Source: Mobula hypostoma (Eukaryota). Taken from it: DNA of 64,000 nucleotides. The stretch is taken from positions 51,152,001-51,216,000 of the forward strand of contig NC_086108.1 in the NCBI RefSeq assembly GCF_963921235.1. Reading direction: 5' to 3'. This document shows, one piece after another, positions 41,204-52,964 of this stretch. Each line of letters begins with the position of its first letter. Position 1 is the stretch's first letter. A program made the translations under genes and the position numbers. Below the pieces are notes generated by a model. The model had not been told where the DNA came from. It searched no databases and saw only the letters and a program-made list of their open reading frames with translations.

Positions 41204-42169
41204 ATGTCATCTAAAATTTCAACAGACTTTTATAGATACACAGTGGAGATTATACTGACTGGTTGCATTGTGGGCTGGTATGAAAACACCAATACCCATG
41301 AATGAAGAAGCCAAAAAGTAGTGATTATAGCCCAGTCCATCACAGAAAAAGCCCTAACTACCACTGAGCACATTTACAAGGAGTGCTGCCACAAGAAAGC
41401 AGTATCCATCAAAAAGAGCCTCCACCATCCAGGCCACGCTCTCTTCTTCTGTTGCCTTCAGGAAGGTGGTACAGGAGCCTCAGATCCAACACAACCCAGT
41501 TCAGAAACAGTTAATACCCTTCAACCATTAGGCTCCTTAACCAGATTAGATAGCTTCACTCACCCCAGCACCGAACAACCTGTGCATTCACTTTCAAGGA
41601 ATTACAATCTATGTTCTCAATACTTATTATTTTTTGTGCTTGCACAGTTTGCCTTCTTACGCACATTGGTTGTTTGGCCGTCTTTATTTGTGTGTAGTTT
41701 TTCATTGATTCTATTCTATTGTGTGTAGTTTTACATTGACTGTATCTACTGTGAATGCCTACAAGTACTTCACAGCCTTGTTAATAAATTTACTTTGAAC
41801 TTTAACTTTGAAATGATAACATCAAAAGCTCCAAGGAAGGGCAGTAAGAACGGAACAGCACAGCCAAACCTGAAAAGTGTAAGTATTGCTGCTGGCAATA
41901 GACACAGTTGCACATTAAGTATTAATCAATTTATTGGTGCCTCATACCACAAATAAAGTCTCTCTTCGGAACATAGCAAAGAGAGTTTTCAGAGCCAACA
42001 ACTTCAAAGATTCGAAATACAAGTTTGGAAAAAAACAGCCAGTAAATGTCGTCATACTATTGACACAAGCAATGAGGTGCAATCTTCAGACTGAGTGTTA
42101 AGGAATCATTTAGTGCACAGATTCACAAATTATAGGTGTGAAGCAAAAATGTTTAAAATGCTGAGCTAA

Positions 42170-42990
42170 ACCATTAATAGACCATGTAGAATAGCCTGTA
42201 CTGAATCAGAGTGTGGAAACTCCCTTTGTCTAAGCTAGTCCTATCAGCAAGCGCCTGGACAATAATTTTCTAATCCTTTCCTATCCATCCACCTGTTCAA
42301 CTGTATTTTAGAAAAATCTATTGCCTCAGCCATTTCCTCTGGCAACTCATTCCGTAAATATACCCCTCGTGTAAAAAAAAAAGTTGTCCTTCAAGTTCCT
42401 ATTAAATATTTCCCTTCTCACATTAAATCTAAAGCTTCTAGTTTTTGATTTCTCCATCCCTAGAAAAAGACTGAGTGCATTCATCCTATCCATGTCTCTC
42501 ATGATTTTATACACCTCTAAGGTCACCTCTCAATCTCCTAAGCTCCAAGGAATGAAGTTCTAGCCTGTCCATTGTTCCTTGTAACTCATCCCCTAAGTCC
42601 TGGCAATATCCTTGAAAATCTTGTCTGCACTCTTTCCAGCTTGATAACAGAGTAACCAATATTCAACACAATACTCTAAGTGCGACTTCACTAGCATCTT
42701 GTACAACTATACCATGACTTACCAACTTCTATATTCAGTGCTCTATGATTCATGAAAGGAAGCACACCAAACATCTTCTTTATCACTCTGTCTACCTGTG
42801 ACTCCACTTTCAGCTCCTGAACTTAAAGGTACTTGTTCTACAATTCTTCATAGGCCCTATTGTTCACAGTGAAAACCCTGCTGGGTTTGAGTTTACAAAA
42901 TAACATCTCGCATTTATCTGAACTAAATTCCATTTAGCAATCCTCAGCCCACTTACTCAGTGGATTCTGACAACCTTTCTTCACTGTCCA
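42170..42990 (-). mobile_element. Decayed CR1-type 3' fragment
   Basis: Reverse complement resembles 2560-3325. Confidence 0.7.
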
Positions 42991-43479
42991 TACCACCCAT
43001 ACATCTTCAAATCAATGAGATGATATTTAAAAATTTGAAGCAGCTTTACCAAAGCACAATTTTTAGAAGTATAAAACAAGTCCTCAGAGTGGTAATAACA
43101 ACAGTGCTGTCTTTTTCATGTTCACTTGATGCTGGTATTTCAAGTTGGTTTGATGGAAAACCAGTCACAGCGGCAAAGGAAGGGAACAAGATACTTGGGT
43201 GCAAAAGCCAAAAAGCTTTCAAATTAGTGTGATGGGAATCAGCCAGCCTCTAAATGTGTATTAAGGGTATCCCTGTACTTTATGTCCCAAGGTGAAGCAC
43301 ATCGCTAAAAGGTGCAAATTCATAAACAAAATAACTGCCAGCAAAGACAGAACTGCCCACTTGCATTGGACACTAGGGAACAGGGGTTTAGGACAATCCT
43401 GACGGTGACTCTGAAATCTAATAACAAGGATATGGAAACAAAAAACATTTATTGCACTCTAAGAATTTAGAAGATAAAA

Positions 43480-44540
43480 TAAAACTTTATTTATCCAGAA
43501 GGAAATTATTGTTGCAAGGTTGCTCAGTCAGAAGTATACACTTCAAAAAACAAAATGTAATCATTGAGATATGAAACAGAATACAAAATATGCATCAAAA
43601 AGTAATAGTGCGAAATACAGATGTGCAATGAAACCATATACTTATATACTTAAGGAGTAGGAGTTGTAGAGTCTTATAGCCACAGGGAAAAAGGATCTCC
43701 TGTGGTGTTCAGTGGTGAACCTCGGTGGACTCAGTCTGTTACTAAAGGTACTCCTCTGTTTGCCCAGTATGTCATGGAAGGAGTAAAAGGGATTGTCCAT
43801 AATGCTCCGTAGCTTCTGCAGCATCCTCCTCTCAGACACAGCACCAGAGAATCCAGTTCCGCCCCCAGAATAGAACCAGCCTTCCTAAACAGCTTACTGA
43901 TCTTATTGGCGTCAGCTGCTCTCACCTTGCTGCCCCAGCAGACTACAGTGTAGAATAGAATGCTGGTCACCACTGGGACAGGGAACATTTGCAGCATAGT
44001 ACTGCAGACATTGAATGATTGGAGCTTCCTCAGGAAGTACAGCTGGCTCTATCCCTTCTTGTACAGAGCCCCTGAATTTTTAGCCCAGTCCAGTTTATTG
44101 TCCAGATGAGTTCCCAGGTATTTGTAGTCCCGGACAACTTCCACATCTGTTCCCTTGATAGAAATGGGAATGCAGGGTGGTTTTACCTTCCTGAAGCCCA
44201 CCAGGAAGCTTTTGGCTTAGTGATGTTAAGCTGTAGGCGATTCAGCCCACACCACTCAACAAAGTTGTCCACCACTTTTCTGTACTCAGCCTCTTGACCC
44301 TGGCTGATACAGCCCATAACTGCCAAATAGTCCAAAAACTTCACAGGTGGCAGGACTCAGAGTTGTATCTGAAGTCAGAGGTGTAGACAGTGAACAGGAA
44401 GGGGAATAGGACAGTCTTCTGAGGTGCCTCGTGCTGCTAACCACAGTATCTGATATACAGCTCTGCAATCTCACAGACAGTGGCCTTCTGGACAGGGTAG
44501 TCTGTAATCCATGACCCTAGTGGAGCATCTATCTACATCT
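43480..44540 (-). mobile_element. Rex1/Babar-type LINE 3' fragment (different subfamily)
   Basis: VVTSILFYTVVCWGS..RAAD...ISKL.RKAGS.LG and T..HRRSFFPVAIRLYNS. Confidence 0.75.
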
Positions 44541-45498
44541 CCGTAAGCTTACTCAAAAAATATGATTCTCACAGAGCTGCCTGGCTCATCCAGATGGGTA
44601 TAAGCTCATTGAAGCAGGAAGATAATGGCATTCTCATGTGGTTGGTAAACAAACTGCAGGCGGTCCAGTGAAGGTGTTTTGATGGAGGTGTATCAGGACC
44701 AATACATACAAGGCCATCACTGTGACTGAGAAAGCACTGAGTCAGTCTGTCACTGGCCACAATGTGCACTGCAATCTCAATCACTTTCACTGAAGCAGTA
44801 TAGTGCTGGGTTGCAAGGTAGAATCTGAATAAACTACTTGGTAGCCATTAGGGACAGGTGGGTTAAATTATTCTGGCCCCACCCCAAAATACCAATATTG
44901 CAATGGGCAGAGAGTTCCACACTGCAGCTCCAATGAAGGAATAAGGAAAACAAAAGATTGATGGCTCTAATTCCATGAACTGAGACAACTTAAGAAATTA
45001 CCACCTGGGCTGCGGTAAAGGAAAGGTTAGTAGTTCCCTCTTCAAAGTTGGTGTGTATTATGGTATAGGCATTGAGGCAATTGCAAACAGAATTTGACAA
45101 AAGCCCGTCTGAGGAAGAACCTGATTTTAAACACAAACTAAACATATAAAGTCCTCCTAAGATGAGATAAGCTGGAAGTTGGATCAATGCATGTAAAAGT
45201 CCATTCTGTCAAAGAAATCAAAAGAAAACATGAAAAGGTGTAGTTGTACAACAAAGAATGGGAATAGGATATCCCCATGAGTGAGATGGTAATGCAAGCT
45301 GGTCATATCTAGAAAAAGGTACTTTCTGTGACACGAAACAATATTAAAAGCATTCTTCAAAAGACAAGGATCTGTAATACTTGAATATCTGACAGCAAGG
45401 ACCAAGTATTTGTCTGTTTTGATGACTGGTAACTAAAACAAACACTGCACTACAAGTGCAGAGAGAAACTAGAGCAGAGGCAAGCACATTAGTGAAAA

Positions 45499-45706
45499 GA
45501 AGAAGAAGAAAGCCCTGAACTCCTAGTGGAGTCATCGGGACGCTGTCATGACACCGTTTTTTTTTAAAGCAGGCTTTCTTATTTTTACGAGACCGAGTTG
45601 CTAGCTCGGTGCTCAACCCAGCACTGATGGAAAGCGTGCAAGGGAGCTGGCTGGATTCGAACTCGGGAGCCTTCGCTCCGAAGTCTGGCGCTGATGCCAC
45701 TACGCC
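45499..45706 (-). mobile_element. tRNA-derived SINE with RTE-like body, (TTC)n tail and ~16-bp TSD
   Basis: A box TGGCGTAGTGG, B box GTTCGAATCC; AGCACATTA(G/T)TGAAAA at 45483-45498 and 45707-45722. Confidence 0.85.
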
Positions 45707-46013
45707 AGCACATTATTGAAAAATAAGCCCAAAAAGACTAGAGTAGACAAGATAATCTGACCAGGCTGACAGATCCTATAAAGGTCAACAACTTTTTTCA
45801 TTTTAGTTACTTAGACTACTCAAAACAAGTAATGCTGATAAATGTCTTTAGTCTGCCTTAATAGCAGGAGACCAGAACACACAAGTTCCAGGATGACGGC
45901 AGTGCCTTTACAATATCCAGAAACAAGCAATGGCTGGCACTGACCATCAAACAGAGGCCATCTCATCTGCACAATGATGCACAATTTTTAAGAAGGTACT
46001 GAAAGGCTGAGAT

Positions 46014-46094
46014 CAGGGGCTTCCAACCTTTTTTTATGCCATGGACCAATACCATTAAGCAAGGGATCCACGGACCCCAGGTTGGGAACCTCTG
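46014..46094. mobile_element. 81-bp hAT/Charlie-like MITE
   Basis: Inverted ends CAGGGGCTTCCAACCT ... AGGTTGGGAACCTCTG; no clean 8-bp TSD remains. Confidence 0.7.
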
Positions 46095-47677
46095 GCCTAA
46101 TTCAAGCAGAGAGCAAACTGGGTGCATTAAGGGAAGACTGAATGACATGTGGAAAGGGTTCAAAGGTTTTGCAGATAACAGAATGGGCATAGATTTACTG
46201 ATCCACTAGTCTAGACGCAATGTATTTTTTTTTATTATTTAGAGAAAATAATAACAAAATATATTTACTGGGACCATAATTTTAAAGGAAAACTGTAGCA
46301 CAGGAAGTTGGATCAGATGAGACTTAGCTGCAGAGGTAACATACTCAAGTGGATACTTCATAAACGGATTGATGAATTTTAAAGTTGTGAAGACTAAGGG
46401 GCCAACTATTGGTATGTTTACATAAATTCCCAGTGCTGTATGAGCAGATTATGGCCCTCTAATTAACACTGTCATACAAGTATTAAATAATGGCTTCATT
46501 TTATATTAATAATTAACTGATGGCTTACATTTTTTATTACTTTTGTTAATAAGACACGGTTTAGTATTTGTAAGAATTACCTTCTAAAAAAATGAATGCA
46601 CCATATGGTATTACTGCAAGTCCATTACTGGACCATCCATATCTATTTGGTGAGACTGACTTCAGTAAAGAATATTTTGTTACCAGCTCTACCTGTTTAT
46701 TTTAGTTCATAAACCAAAATAATCTAGACACTTAATCTTATTCATTTTGTTACTAATCTTATTCTTATTTTGCCCCTTTCAGCTGCCAGGCTTCTAAGCT
46801 GCCTAAATGCCCACTAACTCTCACTGATTATCCATTTCCCTGTCCACTGTTAAGATGCTCCTTAAAATGTACATTATAGCTTGCATATGTCAAACCTTCC
46901 TTTGGATAACATTTTGACATTTTTCAATATAGTCAGCACCATAGCACTGCAAGCAGGTGCTAATTCAGATTTTGTTGTCTTTAAATCTCTCGGATTTAAG
47001 ATAGGTAAAATAGCAGCAACTGACATGGAAAAAGTGGAAATAGTAATAACTCTGGTGGGAAAAAAAGAAGAGGTCAAAGGCCATTTTATAGTGTTGGAGA
47101 CAACTGTCTGTAGAGAGGTATCAAACTTTGGTGTGGTAATCAAACATTCTGGAAAGATTTAATTTCAAGAGTTGGACTGAAGGAGAACACAGTACAAGTA
47201 ATTCAAAGCAGAAAGTGCTACAGGAATTTAAGGGAAATTTAAACTTAAGTTATCAAACATGACAGTGTGCTCAAAATGAAGGTTAAGTAAAAATAGATGA
47301 TCAAACTGGGGACTGTGTTTTACAAAAAAGGCAGAGATGAGATTGGCAGGAGAGGGTACCATTTTCTCCAGGCATACAAAACATTAAACAATTTGTAATT
47401 ATAATTTACTTATAGCTTTATATACAATAGGTTAGTAACAGCACAAAGTAAGAAACTTTTTTTTTAACTGGCTGATCCCTGAACAGCTAAAAGTAAAATT
47501 GGATGCTCATTTTTTCTTGTTTTCTTACTCAACTAAATTCAGCACATTTTTAGTTGTATTGAACTTCATTTCTAAATGGAGAAAAATATTGTAATGTTAG
47601 CACTGCTGCTGTGACAATTAGTTAGGAAACTCCAAGTTAAATGTGAAGAAACTGGTATTTGTTGTTAGATCTGGTTA

Positions 47678-47836
<159 letters not shown>

Positions 47837-47972
47837 TCAAGTCTAATGCAACAATGGTGTGTAATCAAATATAACAAAAATATTAATACAAATAAGCATC
47901 AACTGGATTAGTTAAGTTAAAAGGCAGTAAAACCATCTAATTTTCAAAATCTGACCTACCTACTGAAATCCA

Positions 47973-48320
47973 GTGGCACAGTGAACCTGCTGGTATTGCT
48001 GCTGTTTCACAGCTCCAGCAACCAGAGTTTGATTCTGATATCTGGTGCTGTATTTTGTGAAGTTTGCATTCTCCCTGGGTTTGACCCAGGACTCAGCATA
48101 TCCTCTCATCTCAAAAACGTGCAAGTTGTTAGGTTATCAGACTACACTAAATTACCCTTTGGACAGGTGGCAAATGTAAAAATCTATAATGTCTTAATAG
48201 GGACGTGAGAGAGAATAGATAGGTGTGAGGGAAATAATTTTGTGTGGGGGGGGTGAAATTACTCTAGTTCAGCATAGACTTAATGAGCCAAATGACTTCC
48301 CTCACTGCCATCAGGAAATA
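47973..48320 (+). mobile_element. Decayed V-SINE/HE1-like tRNA-derived SINE
   Basis: GTGGCACAGTG...TCACAGCTCCAGC.ACC...TTTGATTCTG...AGTTTGCATTCTCCC, with a CR1-like tail. Confidence 0.55.
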
Positions 48321-49659
48321 TATTACATACTGCAGTTCCAACTTTTTCCTTAAACACTGGTGTACAAAACCTCAATAGCAAAATTCATCTGCTGACCTTA
48401 ACTCAGTATTCATCTGAAGTAACTGACCCATCCATTGTTTGTAAAATGATTTTGACATTTTTTAAAATAAAGTTTTGCTAGGCAAATAAGCAACCCTCTA
48501 TCATAACAGACACTTGGCTGCAAGATGAACATAGCTGGGATCTAAATATTTCAAGTACTTGATACCATTTGTTGATGATAAACAACATAGTGCAGTATTG
48601 AAAAAGAAGCTTGGCTCATTAGTTCAGGAAAAAATAGCAAGGGTCAGAAAACACTAATGGCAGCATCCTCCTTCTAGCAGCTATGCTGTAGACGGAGTAA
48701 AAATGAAGAAAAGGCTCGAAGGTGCTAAGAAATGTTGAGGTTTGGGAGAATTTTAGAAATGATGAAAAATGTTGGCAGGAAGGGGTAAACCTGAGAATAA
48801 ACTAGCAATGAGGAATTGAAGAAAATTAGTATTGGCCAACTTTCTTCCCTCTTGTTAGTTCAAAATCATGGCCTTCCCTTCCGCTACACTTGAAGGTCTG
48901 TAATGATTCAAGAAGGTAGCTCACCTTCATCTTTTAAAGGACAATTAGGGATGGACAATTAAATGTTGGCAAGTACAAAACTGAAAAATTTGAGTCAATC
49001 TATTTCACTGCACAAAACAGAAAGGTAGAATGTTATTAATGGGAAACTGACCAAGAGAACAATCTCTGAAAAATCAGCATTTTCCAATCCAACCTCGTAT
49101 GCAGGTTACTGAAAGCTAACATTCAAGTTCAACAAGGACAGGGAAGGCAAATAGCCTTCATTACAAAAGGATTTTGTACCAGAATTAAGACATCTAACCC
49201 AATTATACTGGTTCTTACCAGCAGATGGTGAATCTTTCTGGATATTAAGGAAATCGGGGTATACAAGAGCAATGCAGTAAAATAGCAGTGAGAATGATCA
49301 GCAATGACCTTAATTTACAGCAAACCAGTGTGAAAGGGCTGAATTGACTATACCTGCTCTTAATTTTTTTTAAATTCCTATGCTCTAGTGACAAGTAGCC
49401 TCTATGGAAATGTAAATAGAGAAGACAAACAAAAGGGAGAAAAAAAAATGCTAAAACTGAGATTAAAACATAATTTTTGAAATTCCTGAATAAAAATATT
49501 CTTGAAATATCTTATGGGTTAGGCAGCAACTGTGCAGAGAACAAAACTAAGTTAATGTCACTGATTGATTACCTTCAATCAGAACTCGATAGTTCCAACT
49601 GTTTCTACGTGGGAGAACCCATAACAGTGTTGATCTACAGAGGGATCCAAAATGACAGT

Positions 49660-50440
49660 TGCTGAAAGTGGCCACTCAAATTAATGGGGTGGTAAAGAAG
49701 GTGTATGGCATTGGGCAACACAGTAGTGTAGAGATTAGCATAACGCTATCACAGTACCAGCAAACCAGGTTTAATTCTGCAGCTGTCTGTAAGGAGTTTG
49801 TATGATGCAAGGGTGTCATTAGGGCAGCGCAGGTCTGTCGGGACAGGAAAGTCAGTTATTATGCTGTATCCCTAAATGAAATAAAATGCTTGCCTTTTAT
49901 TAGTCGAGGTATTGAGTTCAAGAATTGGAAAATTATCTTGCAGCTTTGTAAAAACTCTTGTTAGGCCCATCTGAAGTATTGCAATTAGTTCTGGTCATTC
50001 CATTATAGGAAGGATGTGGAAGCTTTGAAGAAAGTGCAGAAGTAGTTTACCAGACCGCTGCCTAGTTTAGATTAGAGGGCATGTGCTAGGTTGGACAAAT
50101 TAGTGTTGTTTTCTCTTTGGACTGCGGAGACTGAGAGAAGACTTAACAGAAGTTTATAAAATTATGAGAGGTAGAGACAGCTATTATCTTTTTCCCAGGA
50201 TTGAACTGTCTAATACTGGAGGGCATGCACTTAAGGTGAAAGGAAAGTTGGTGCTGGGACTGAGCTGCCAGAGATGTAGTTTTGGCGAAAATGATAGAGC
50301 TGTTCAAGAGGCTCTTAGATAGGTACATGAATATGCAGCGCAGAAAGGTTATGGACCACGTGGAGGCAGGAAGAGATTAGGTGTCATTAGCTTCATTTGT
50401 TAACACAATATCATGGGCCTGTTCTTGTACTGTTCTATGA
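49660..50440 (+). mobile_element. Decayed CR1 3' fragment with a nested short SINE (~49712-49885)
   Basis: CR1 text GTGTATGGCAT|...|GCTTGCCTTTTATTAGTCGAGG is split by a SINE-like head. Confidence 0.7.
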
Positions 50441-50858
50441 GCTTAGGAGAAAAAAAAACAGCTTGGAAGAGCAACTTAAAGAACAGCTCCACTCAAGTCT
50501 ATGAGATAAGCTAAGTTTCCAGTTGCTGACAGTTTTAACTCCTCAATCAACTCTGACCTTTCTAGTCTCTTATGCTGTTCCATCAAACCTTTATGCGAGC
50601 CTGAGGACAGCATTTCATCTTGTACCTAATCACATAATAATCAACAGAACTCAACTATAAATTCAAATGTAGAAAGCCAATCTTTCCAGTAATTCTGATT
50701 AATTCTGAATCAAGGACATCAACCTGTAACAGTAGATCAGCTTTTTTCTCCAGAGATGCTCCATGACTTGTTAAATATTCCCAGCATCTACAGTTTTTAA
50801 TGCAAGAGCTTTTACAAAGTAAGACTTCAGAACTAAATATACCGTAAAAACATATATA

Positions 50859-51963
50859 CAGTGGATAACGGCTAATTGGGCCATCAGTTAATTGGGGCAG
50901 CTGCATATTTGGGACAACTCTTATAAATTTAAAAACTCTTACTAATTTAAAAAATTAATCAGGATGCCTTTCCTTTATTTGGGACATTATGCTGCTTATT
51001 TAGGACAGGAGACTGTTGCTGAACAGTTTAAAAATAATGCTAGTCGCATGCACTTGTGCAGCCGTTAACACACTACACCGGGCTTAAAGAGAACAGTCTT
51101 TAAATAGTGCCAGCTGCATGTGTTTATATTCAAAAAAGTCATTTTTGTCACAGATAGGTGGTGAGAAATAATCAGCACAACATTTCAAAACTGTTTTGCA
51201 CACTGTGGCTTCAAGCATTCAGAATTGGAAATGGCAGAAATGGGCGCAAGTGAAAATGAAATGATTTCACTACTTCAACAAGTTAGGAACTATGAAGAAT
51301 TTGAAGGAATTGACAATCATCTTAAACGTGATCTTTGGTCCCCATGGACACTCAGCTCTCATCTGTGGCTCCAAGTAGTTGTTTGCATGCGACAGCAGCC
51401 ACACCCCAGTACAATATTCAACAGACAGGCTAAACAAGGTGATGGTAGCCGGCAGGTCTCATAAGCCAGTGAAATGGGTCACACCTGTCTGAGCATGCAC
51501 AGCTCCTGCAATCTGGGCGGTTAAGGTCTATAGCGAAACCCCATGGTCAGTAAAGTGGTTCTGCAACACTATGTGGAGAGCGAAGTGCACGACGAAGCAC
51601 AGAAGTAGTCATGGTCGTCCACTGCAACCAGGGAAGGCCCCAGTCGTGACATCTACTTGTACCATTGGACCCAGAATTCTGAGGTTGAGAAAGTGGAAGT
51701 GCCTCAGTGCTTTTCCACTTTAAGAATTCTCCCGCACAGGTTTACTGTGGTCGGATATGACAGACAACCACCAGTAGTATTGGTCATGCTCCAATTTGTT
51801 CTTTATTTCGTCTAAAGATGTAATTTGTTACTCAGTTAAATGGTAGCTTGTCTTTTCTATACCTTTTTAACTAATCCCATGAAACTTTGGTTAATTGGGG
51901 CAGCCACTTGATTGGGCCAAAATGTACCAGTTCCAATGCATCCCAATCGTTTGGAATCCACTG
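50859..51963. mobile_element. Tigger/pogo-like non-autonomous DNA transposon with an unrelated GC-richer internal insert (~51327-51772)
   Basis: TA|CAGTGGAT... and ...ATCCACTG|TA termini, with repeated TAATTGGG motifs near both ends. Confidence 0.7.
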
Positions 51964-52964
51964 TATAATTGCTTTCACAATAAGACACCACAGCATACAA
52001 GGAATAATAAATAACTTAGGGTAAAAAGAGTCTGAAGAAATTAAAAATAAATCAGAGCAAAAGTACCAACCCAAGAAAAATTCCTTGGATTTAGAGCACG
52101 CATTCTAAGATTTTAAAAAGAGATGCCTGCAAAAACAGATGGTGATTTTCCAAAATCCATACTTTATAGAATTCTGAAAAGGACCCAATATAAAGGAAAA
52201 GTGCAAATGTTTGTACACCTCGTATGGAATTAGGGAAAGTATACAGGGAACTCAAAGTATGTAAGCCTTTGCTCAAAACCAGAATTTACAATGAATGAAC
52301 TGATAACAGAGCATTCGTAAAAGGTTAACGTGATTATATGAAATCAACAGTGTTACAAAGAGAAAATAATATTTAACAAATTCTATAGGGATGAAACTAA
52401 CTGGAGAAGACAGATGTTCAAGTCGATAGTGTATTTGCAGAAGTCAGTTGAAGAATACAGAATGTCTGAAAAAAGATTATTAAATATTGGTGGTTACAAA
52501 GACAAGGTGTGCTCATACAATTAATTTGAAGCTAACATGCAGATATGTAAAGTATTAATGGAAAGTTGGCCTTGATCGAGTACAAGACCATGGAAGTCTT
52601 ACTGCAACAGCACAGGAGTTGGGAGACACTCTACCTGCAATACTGCATATAGTTTTGATCTCCCTACTTAAGGACTAATACGTCTGTTCTAAAGCCTATG
52701 AATCTAGGTTCACAAGGTTGAATCATTTAATTAGGAAGTGGTCCAATGAGGAAAGCTTGAGCAGAACAGGACTGTGCTGCCTGGAGATTAGAAAAACACT
52801 TAAGGGAAGACACAAAATTATGAAGGAATCCAGAGTGAGGATGTTTCATTGTTAGCAGAATCTAAATCACAAGGGACCATGGAGTCAATCTATGGAGTTA
52901 GCGGTTTAAAACACACATGATAAAGAAATACATCTCTCAAGGTACTGAGAATGCTCAAAATTCT

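Noticed and set aside
45640..45706. Possible tRNA gene (A and B boxes)
   Set aside because: No complete cloverleaf or acceptor stem; it continues into a SINE body with a tail and TSD.
46874..47162. Overlapping ~90-aa ORFs on both strands inside the U12 intron
   Set aside because: No recognisable domain or supported splice sites; compatible with chance ORFs.
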